Of a stretch of DNA of 64,000 bases, positions 18,632 to 25,990 are shown piece by piece. Within the stretch, counting starts at the first letter, position 1. Every line of letters starts with the position of its first letter. Below the pieces are notes generated by a model. It did no database searches, was not told the DNA's origin, and saw only the letters and a list, made by a program, of their open reading frames with translations. A program made the translations under genes and the position numbers. The stretch comes from an uncultured Planctomycetaceae bacterium (GTDB lineage Bacteria > Planctomycetota > UBA8742 > UBA2392). The stretch covers positions 12,670-76,669 of the forward strand of contig CAZZBH010000001.1 of assembly GCA_964652605.1 (NCBI GenBank). Reading direction: 5' to 3'.

Positions 18632-19912
18632 ATGCAACGTCTGCTTGTCTGTTTCACCATCATTGCCGCGTTGCCGCTGGCGGCGCAGGACACCGATCAA
18701 GAAGCCCGCATCGCCGAGCTTGAGCGCAAGGTCGAGCACCTCTACGAGGACCATAACCACGACGACCAGCCCAGGGCGCGTCTGCTTGACCTGTCATTCA
18801 ACCTGATGGCAGCGGGCGGCACCTCAACTTCAACCGACGCCGAGATTCGCAGGTTGCAGGCCGGAAATCACGACCCCCGCCGTCGCGGCTTCACACTGCA
18901 ACAGGCTGAGCTTGCGTTTGCCGGCGCAATCGAGCCGTGGTTCGCGGGCGAGGCCTACCTGGTTGCGCGCGAAGACACTGTTGAGCTGGAAGAGGCGTTC
19001 CTGCGCTCGCTAAGCCTGCCGTGGCTTGAGCTCAAAGCCGGCTACTACTTCACCGAGTTCGGTCGCATCAACCGGCTGCACCCGCACCAGTGGCGCTGGG
19101 CCGATCAGCCCGTCGTCACGGGGCGGCTGCTCAGCCCGGAAGGCATGCGCGGCGCGGGTTTGCGTGTTGCGCTGGAGCCGCCATTGCCGTTGCGATGGAT
19201 CGTGTCCGTACAGAACGCGAGTGATGCGTCCATGATCAGCTTTCTCGGCCAAGGCCACGACCACGGCGCAGAGCACGAGTCAGAAGAGGAACACGACGAA
19301 CACGGCGAACACGAAGAAGGAACCATCGGCGGATGGCCGCGGCATGAACGACCCGTGCGCGCGCTTGGTGATCTGCTGTATTCAACGCGCCTTGAACTGG
19401 GCGCGGCAACGGAGGCCTGGGACTTTCAGTTCGGCCTGTCCGGCGCCTATGGCCCGAACGCCACGGGCGACACCGGCAAGACCTGGCTTGCAGGCGCGGA
19501 CCTGCTGGTTCGTTGGGGCAACGAGGATCTGTTCGCCCAAGTCGAGGGAGAGCTGATTTACCGCTACTTCCAAGCCGATCGCGCGGCACACGAAGATGAA
19601 GTGCTGGACTCAAACGTACTTAGCGACTGGGGCACGTGGGTTGAGTTCTATGCAGGCTTCGGCGCGTGGCGCGCGGGCCTGCGACTTGAACACGCGGCAG
19701 GCTTTCGCTCCGGCGAGTTGCAACGCAGCGAAGACGCCATGCGGGACAATCGCTACCGCATGAGCCCGATGGTAGGGTGGCAGCCAATCGAGATGGTGCA
19801 CGTGACTCTGCAGTACAATTTCGACTACGCGCAGCACATCGGTGGCGACACAAGCCACAGTGTGTGGCTTGGCATTCGCCTGCTGTTCGGCATCCACAAG
19901 CATCTGCACTAA
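18632..19912 (+). CDS. predicted outer-membrane beta-barrel protein with His/Glu-rich loop
   Basis: Signal peptide, a short coiled-coil segment, alternating beta-strand-like pattern, and the acidic His-rich stretch GHDHGAEHESEEEHDEHGEHEEG. An AGGAGG RBS is present. Confidence 0.55.
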   Translation: MQRLLVCFTIIAALPLAAQDTDQEARIAELERKVEHLYEDHNHDDQPRARLLDLSFNLMAAGGTSTSTDAEIRRLQAGNHDPRRRGFTLQQAELAFAGAIEPWFAGEAYLVAREDTVELEEAFLRSLSLPWLELKAGYYFTEFGRINRLHPHQWRWADQPVVTGRLLSPEGMRGAGLRVALEPPLPLRWIVSVQNASDASMISFLGQGHDHGAEHESEEEHDEHGEHEEGTIGGWPRHERPVRALGDLLYSTRLELGAATEAWDFQFGLSGAYGPNATGDTGKTWLAGADLLVRWGNEDLFAQVEGELIYRYFQADRAAHEDEVLDSNVLSDWGTWVEFYAGFGAWRAGLRLEHAAGFRSGELQRSEDAMRDNRYRMSPMVGWQPIEMVHVTLQYNFDYAQHIGGDTSHSVWLGIRLLFGIHKHLH

Positions 19913-21993
19913 CACGCGCGGCGTGCGTCGTATCGTGCCGCTGCCAGGAATGCAAGCAGAGCGAGCAGCGCGTACCACGGATCGGCTGGACCGCTGCTGC
20001 ACGAGCCGCCATCGTTGGCGCTTTGCGTGGCGTCTGGCGAGCGGCCGACGATGATCATGAATGTCTGCACACCGTCGGGCGCCACACTGTTCGAGGCTGT
20101 CAACGTTACGCTGACGGTGGTCTTGGCATCGCCGTTGGTCGGTGTGCCGCTCAGCTCTCCAGTAATTGCGTCGAAGTTCAGCCACGCCGGAAGCGTGCTG
20201 GTTACACTCAGCGAAGGCGTCGGCGTGCCCGTGGCCACCGCGGTGTAGGAGTACAGAGATTTCGGCGTCGCGGACGTGACCGGAATGCTCGTGAACGCAG
20301 GAGCCACGCCGAACACATCAATGGTGAAGGTCTGCGTGGCATCAGGCGCCCAGCCGTTGCTGAGCGTTACCGTGATGGCAGGCGTGGGCCCCACGTCTGC
20401 TCCGTCGGGCGTTCCGCTCAGCACATTGCCGTTCAGCGTCAGCCAGGCCGGATTACCGGCGACGCCGACCGTCGGCACGGGCTCGCCTGTGCCGGTAATG
20501 GTGTAGGTGTACAGCTCGCCGACAGTCACGGTAGTGCCCGGTGTGCTGGTGATCGCCGGCGGCACGCCCACGACGCTGATGCTGAAGCTTTGCAACGCGT
20601 CGGGGGCCCAGCCGTTTGTCGCACTGATGTCAATCTGGGGGGTGCTGCCGGCATCCGCGCCGGTCGGGGTGCCGCTCAACTCACCCGTCGTTGCGTTGAA
20701 CGCCAGCCACCCGGGCAGCGTGCCGACTGACAGCGTTGCAGCAGGCTGGCCGCTGGCGGTCACGACGTATGACCAGGGCACGCCGGCGGTCGCCGTCAGC
20801 GGCGGCGTGCTAGTGATCTGCGGCGGAACGCCCTGCACGTCAATCTGGAAGGCCTGCGTGTCCACGCCGCTGGTGTTTGTAGCAGTCACGGTGATCACCG
20901 GGCTCAAACCGATATCCCCGACCGCCGGCGCGCCCGTAAGTGTGTCGCCGGTGCGCGTCAACCACGCCGGCAGGCCCGAAACCGCAACCACAGGCGCCGG
21001 GTAGCCCGATGCGACAATGTCGTACGTGTAGGTAGCACCAACCGCGGCTGTCAGCCCGGGCGTGCTGCTGATCAGTGGCGGGCCCTCGTAGGACCACACG
21101 TCAGCCACGTTGGCCGCGCCGTTGTAGCCGGTCATGATCCAGATCTTGTTGTCCATGACCGCGCACGTGCCGTAGCGGCGGCCTACCCACCCAGCCGCCG
21201 GGGACTCTTCTGTCCAGCTCACTCCGTCGCTGCTCGTCCACACGTCGCTGTAGCTTGTGCTGCTCCAGCTTCCGCCCATGACCCAAATCCGGTCGTCGAA
21301 CACCTCCACCATGTGACCGTAACGCGTCGGCCACATGGGTGCCGCCGGCGCGGGGATCACCTGCGTCCAGTTGTTGCCATCGGTGGACCACCAGATGTCG
21401 TTGCCACCTCCCAGGCCGCCGAAGATCCACATCTTGCCGTCAAACACCGCGGCTTGGTGGTGGTAGCGCGCGGGCCATGGCGGCGTCTGCGACTGCACCC
21501 AGGAGACTCCGTCAGTGGACGACCACACATCTGCCATGCCGGCGCCATTGTATCCGCCGAAGATCCACAGCTTGTTGTCGTACACCACTGTTGCGTGCGC
21601 GCCGCGCGGCGGAAATGCCGCACTGGGCTGGTCCTGCGTCCAGTTGATGCCGTCCGGCGATGACCAGACCTGGTTCAGGTTCGTGCCGTCAGCGCCGCCT
21701 ATCACCCACAGCCGGTTGTTGAACACCGCAACGGTGTGCGAGCGTCGCGGTCCCCACATCGGCGTGCCGGTCTGCACCTGCACCCAGTTGATGCCGTCGG
21801 ATGAGCGCCAGATGTCGTTCAGGAAGGTGCTGGTGTACCCGCCCAACATCCACAGTTCGCCGTTGAACGTGATGGTCTTCTGCATGTGACGCCCCGTCCA
21901 GGGCGGCGACGGGTTTTCCTGTGTCCAGACCCCGGGCTGAGCCAACAGCAAAGAAGGAAGGAGCAGCAGCACCGCAAGTGGCAACGCGCGCAT
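19909..21993 (-). CDS. surface protein: Kelch/Asp-box beta-propeller, four putative Ig (He_PIG-like) modules and a Cys-CTERM sorting signal
   Basis: Signal peptide. Repeats of LW(V/I)xGG ... (D/Q)VWSSxDGxxWTQ. Four modules of about 85 aa of the form ITSTPxxTAxxGxxYxY ... LPxWLxF ... GxLSGTP. The C-terminus is GGSCSSGPADPWYALLALLAFLAAARYDARRAC. Confidence 0.8.
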   Translation of the reverse strand: MRALPLAVLLLLPSLLLAQPGVWTQENPSPPWTGRHMQKTITFNGELWMLGGYTSTFLNDIWRSSDGINWVQVQTGTPMWGPRRSHTVAVFNNRLWVIGGADGTNLNQVWSSPDGINWTQDQPSAAFPPRGAHATVVYDNKLWIFGGYNGAGMADVWSSTDGVSWVQSQTPPWPARYHHQAAVFDGKMWIFGGLGGGNDIWWSTDGNNWTQVIPAPAAPMWPTRYGHMVEVFDDRIWVMGGSWSSTSYSDVWTSSDGVSWTEESPAAGWVGRRYGTCAVMDNKIWIMTGYNGAANVADVWSYEGPPLISSTPGLTAAVGATYTYDIVASGYPAPVVAVSGLPAWLTRTGDTLTGAPAVGDIGLSPVITVTATNTSGVDTQAFQIDVQGVPPQITSTPPLTATAGVPWSYVVTASGQPAATLSVGTLPGWLAFNATTGELSGTPTGADAGSTPQIDISATNGWAPDALQSFSISVVGVPPAITSTPGTTVTVGELYTYTITGTGEPVPTVGVAGNPAWLTLNGNVLSGTPDGADVGPTPAITVTLSNGWAPDATQTFTIDVFGVAPAFTSIPVTSATPKSLYSYTAVATGTPTPSLSVTSTLPAWLNFDAITGELSGTPTNGDAKTTVSVTLTASNSVAPDGVQTFMIIVGRSPDATQSANDGGSCSSGPADPWYALLALLAFLAAARYDARRAC

Positions 21994-22047
21994 GATCGAC
22001 CTCCGACTGTGAATTGAGGCTCAGGCTAGTACGCGCGAGGCCCGCGC

Positions 22048-24198
22048 TCAACTCTCATCAAACGCCAATTTGCGTCGGCAGATCCAAGCTGCACCCAATG
22101 CAGCCAGCAAAGCCACTATGAGAATCGATCGGCCCTGCGTGCCGGTGCACCCGTTGCCGTCGCTGTCGCTTTGCTTGGCGTCCGGCGAGCGTGCCACCTC
22201 AATGTCAAACGACTGCACGCCGTCCGGTGCGACGCCGTTGGTGGCTGTGAGCGTGACGCTGACCGTCGTCTTGGCGTCGCTGTTGGTCGGAGTACCACTC
22301 AGTTCTCCCGTCGTGGCGTTGAAGTTGAGCCAGGCCGGAAGTGTGCTGGTCACGGCGATTGACGGCGTCGGCGTGCCGGTGGCGGCTGCAGTGTAGGTGT
22401 AGAAGGTGCCCGGGGTTGCCGTCAGCACCGGTGTGGTGGTGAATGTCGGTGCCAAGCCGTTGACGGTGATTGTGAAGCTCTGCACGTCGTCGGGTGCGAC
22501 GGTGTTGGTGGCAGTGATATCGATCTGCGGCGACACACCGATATCGCTGCCGGACGGCGTGCCGCTCAGCTCGCCAGTGCCGGGGTTGAAGCTCAGCCAA
22601 CCGGGGAGTGTCCCCGCCGACAGCGTTGGTGCAGGGATGCCGTCTGCCGTGACGGTATAACTGTACAGGCTGCCCACTGTCGCCGTGGTGAGCGGCGTGC
22701 TGGTGATGGTCGGCGCCAGGCCGGTTACGTTGATGGTGAACGATTGCACGTCATCGGGTGCCCATCCGTTGGCGGCTGTGATGTCGATGACGGGCGCGGT
22801 CCCCACGTCGGCGGCGCCAGGCGTGCCGGACAGCTCGCCGGTGGTCGGGTTGAAGTTCAGCCATGCAGGCAGCGTGCCGGTTGAAAGTGTCGGCGCGGGC
22901 TCGCCGGTCGCCGTCACATTGTAGGTGTACAGCGATGTTGCCGCGGCGCTGGTTGGTGGCGTGCTGGTGATCAGCGGCGCCACGCCCTGCACGTCAATCT
23001 GAAACTGCTGCTGGTCAAATGCAATCGCGTTGCCGGCGGTGACGGTAATCTGCGGCGTAAGGCCGATATCGGCGGCGCCGGGCGTGCCGCTGAGCGTGTC
23101 GATGTTGTCGAACATCAGCCATGCGGGAAGGCCGGTGGCCGTGATGGTGGGTGTGGGGTTGCCCGTCGCGACGACGGTGTAGCTGTACGCGACGCCGGCC
23201 GTGGCGACGATCGGCGGCGTACTCGTAATCTGCGGCTGACCCAGGCTGAACGACCAGACGTCGTTAAGCGTGACCGCGGGCGAGCCGGTGTTGTCGTGCC
23301 CCCCGAGGATGAAGAGCCTGTTGTTCATCACCACGGAAGCATGCTGAACGCGCACGCCCCAGGGCGCTGCCGCGGTTTCTTGCGTCCAGGCCACGCCATC
23401 GGCCGAGGAGTACACGTCGTTTTTGTAGGTGCCGTCCGTGCCACCCATTACCCACAGCCTTCCGTCCAGGACACTGAGCGTGAACCCGTGTCGGGCGGTC
23501 CATAGCGCCGACGCTGTCGCCTGCGTCCAGGTCTGGCCGTCTGTCGAATACCACACGTCGTTGCCGAGGATGTTTCCCAGCAGAATGCCGCCCATTACCC
23601 ACATCTGGTTGTTGAAGACCTCCGCTCGAAATGCGCGGCGCGCGGTCCAGTTGGCGGCGGCGGTAACCAGCGTCCAGGTGGACCCGTTGGTTGAAGTCCA
23701 GACATCGGCGACATTGCCGCTGACAGATCCACCCATCAAAAACATTGCATTGTTATGAACCAGCACCTGTGCGGCGGTCCTGCCAGACCAATTGGCAGCG
23801 GCTGTCACCTGCGTCCAGTTGATGCCGTCAGGTGAGGACCAGACATCGTTTTTGTTAGCGCCGTCGTTGCCGCCCATCACCCACATCAAGCTGTTGTAAA
23901 CCACGGCGACGTGCTGCTGGCGGGCGGTCCACATCGGACCTGTTGTCGTGACCGACGTCCAGGTCACTCCATCAGACGACCGCCAGATGTCGTTGCTGGG
24001 CACAGCGGGTGCCGCGGCCGAAGTGTTGCCTCCCAGAACCCAAAGTTCGTTGTTGAAATGCACAACGTCGAACAACCGCCTGGCAGGCCAGCCCGCTGCG
24101 GCTGTCTCCTGCGTCCATGTTCCGGTCTGTGCCGGGAGGATGGTCCCGCCCATCAGCAACGCGAACAGCGCAAACGACAGCAACGTTCTCCGTTTCAT
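22048..24198 (-). CDS. paralogous surface protein: Kelch/Asp-box propeller, four He_PIG-like modules and a Cys-CTERM signal
   Basis: Same architecture as 19909..21993. Start at ATG 24198 (MKRRTLLSFALFALLMGG). The C-terminus is GNGCTGTQGRSILIVALLAALGAAWICRRK. Confidence 0.8.
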   Translation of the reverse strand: MKRRTLLSFALFALLMGGTILPAQTGTWTQETAAAGWPARRLFDVVHFNNELWVLGGNTSAAAPAVPSNDIWRSSDGVTWTSVTTTGPMWTARQQHVAVVYNSLMWVMGGNDGANKNDVWSSPDGINWTQVTAAANWSGRTAAQVLVHNNAMFLMGGSVSGNVADVWTSTNGSTWTLVTAAANWTARRAFRAEVFNNQMWVMGGILLGNILGNDVWYSTDGQTWTQATASALWTARHGFTLSVLDGRLWVMGGTDGTYKNDVYSSADGVAWTQETAAAPWGVRVQHASVVMNNRLFILGGHDNTGSPAVTLNDVWSFSLGQPQITSTPPIVATAGVAYSYTVVATGNPTPTITATGLPAWLMFDNIDTLSGTPGAADIGLTPQITVTAGNAIAFDQQQFQIDVQGVAPLITSTPPTSAAATSLYTYNVTATGEPAPTLSTGTLPAWLNFNPTTGELSGTPGAADVGTAPVIDITAANGWAPDDVQSFTINVTGLAPTITSTPLTTATVGSLYSYTVTADGIPAPTLSAGTLPGWLSFNPGTGELSGTPSGSDIGVSPQIDITATNTVAPDDVQSFTITVNGLAPTFTTTPVLTATPGTFYTYTAAATGTPTPSIAVTSTLPAWLNFNATTGELSGTPTNSDAKTTVSVTLTATNGVAPDGVQSFDIEVARSPDAKQSDSDGNGCTGTQGRSILIVALLAALGAAWICRRKLAFDES

Positions 24199-24338
24199 CG
24201 CAAACCCCTTGTGCCCGGCACCTGAACTGTGATCCGAAACCACTGTAAATAATGTGTGCCATGCACTGGACAACTTTCCCTGATTGCTGTCCCCTATCTG
24301 TGACGCCACGCCCTCTGTCACATATCCGAAGGCAACCA

Positions 24339-25808
24339 ATGCCTGCGACTTCCGACCTCGCAACCCTTTCCGACCGGCTTCGACAGATTGCCGACCACTT
24401 CGGCCAGGCCGAGATGGCACGCCGCACCGGCGTCTCGCGACAGAACGTCAACCGCTACCTCAGGGGCACGCAGCCGTCACTGGCCTACGGCACCGAGCTG
24501 GTCAACGGCCTGGGCGTCAACCCCGCCTGGCTGCTCACCGGCGAGGGCGTCCCCATGCTGGCCGACATGGCTGCCGGCGCGGGCAACCTTGCCGGCGACC
24601 TGCTGGATGTGGTCAACGCGCTCAACGCGGTCACGCGCATGCGCATTGGCTCGCTCGGCGGCAAGCACCACCTCAAGACACTGCGAGAGCTCGGCGATGC
24701 CATGGCACGCTACGACGAACTGCGGTCACGGCTGAACCGTCACAGCGTGCCCATCCTGCGCAGCATGCTCGAGGAGCTGCGCCGCGCTCTCGAGCAACCC
24801 GACATCGAACTCGCCAAGTCGCTGCGAAACACCGCCGAGCAGCTAAGCCGCTTCTGCGACGACGAAGACCTGGCGCTGGAGTTCACACTGCTCAACAGCC
24901 GCCTGGAATTGCTCGAAGAAAACGCCCCGCGCGCGCTTGAGCTTACACGCAAGGCAATCGTGCTGATGTTCCACCAGGGCGGTCTTCTGGGCGAGCGCGA
25001 GTTTGAGGTCGTCGTCGAATCCGTCACCGCGCTGCACAAATGGGTGCGCTTCGGCGAAGCCTTGCGCGTCGCCCAGGCCGCCTTCGCGCTGGCGGCGCCG
25101 GAAACACGCCGCAGCCAGGCCGCGCTGTGGCTTGAGGCGTTGATGGCAAGCATGCAGGTACACACCGGTGAGCTGAACAATGGCCTGGCTGCATTGTCGC
25201 GCGTGCGCGCCGGGCTGACCGGCCTCAACGGCCTGCGCACCGACGGCATGATGGCGCAGGCGTTGTTGTATTCGGGCGCGATCGACGTGGACGCGGCAGT
25301 CGCATTTGGCGGCGATCTGCCCGAAAAAGCCGAGAGAATTCTGGGCTTTGCCGCCTCAATGGAAAGCCTGCGGTCACTTGAACGCTCAGCCGCTTACTGG
25401 GACCGCCTGCACCACGCGCACGGTGAGTTCTCTTTCTGGATTCATCCTGTCAAACTGATGCTGCGCGCCCTGCGGGGTGATTCGCGGCGGCTTGACCAGG
25501 ACGTCCGCGAGTTTGTCGAGTCTGCGCCGGGGCTTGATTTCCTGCGCCCGTTCACGCCGACGCCGATTGTCGGTGCGCAGATCTACCGCCTGAAGGGTGA
25601 TCGCGCCAACGCCCGCAGGTTATTCCTCCAGGCGTGCAAGATCATCGACACCCTTCCCGACTGGTTCAGCATGACCGTAATGTGGAGCGCACGCCACATG
25701 CGCAACGCGCTCGATCTCGGCAACAACACCCAGAAAGCACAAGCCCGCCAGTTCTTCGCACAGCACGTAGAGCAAGGCTACCGCTGCTTCAGTCCATTAG
25801 CCCAGTAA
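24339..25808 (+). CDS. XRE-type HTH regulator with a large helical-repeat (TPR-like) C-terminal domain
   Basis: The N-terminus LSDRLRQIADHFGQAEMARRTGVSRQNVNRYLRGTQPSLAYGTELVNGLGVNPAWLLTGEG is a classic Cro/C1 HTH. The remaining roughly 400 aa is helical and Leu/Ala-rich. Confidence 0.65.
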   Translation: MPATSDLATLSDRLRQIADHFGQAEMARRTGVSRQNVNRYLRGTQPSLAYGTELVNGLGVNPAWLLTGEGVPMLADMAAGAGNLAGDLLDVVNALNAVTRMRIGSLGGKHHLKTLRELGDAMARYDELRSRLNRHSVPILRSMLEELRRALEQPDIELAKSLRNTAEQLSRFCDDEDLALEFTLLNSRLELLEENAPRALELTRKAIVLMFHQGGLLGEREFEVVVESVTALHKWVRFGEALRVAQAAFALAAPETRRSQAALWLEALMASMQVHTGELNNGLAALSRVRAGLTGLNGLRTDGMMAQALLYSGAIDVDAAVAFGGDLPEKAERILGFAASMESLRSLERSAAYWDRLHHAHGEFSFWIHPVKLMLRALRGDSRRLDQDVREFVESAPGLDFLRPFTPTPIVGAQIYRLKGDRANARRLFLQACKIIDTLPDWFSMTVMWSARHMRNALDLGNNTQKAQARQFFAQHVEQGYRCFSPLAQ

Positions 25809-25990
25809 TTCCGTGCCATCGAAAGTGGCATCGGCGTCCCGCCGATGTAGTGCCATCGGCCTCTGGCCGATGCGCGCCCCGCAGGGGCCGTAGCAACAGG
25901 CCCCGCAGGGGCCGGCAGAGCTTAGCCCGGCCCGTGAGGGCCGGGTCCGGAACGCCTCATCCCCTCTGAGGCCCGTCAGGGCCGACAGAA
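25809..25990. repeat. chain of short GC-rich hairpins in a convergent intergenic region
   Basis: Stems include GCCGATG..CATCGGC, CATCGGCC-TCT-GGCCGATG and CCCGGCCC-GTGA-GGGCCGGG. CCCCGCAGGGGCC occurs twice (25877-25889, 25901-25913). Confidence 0.75.
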
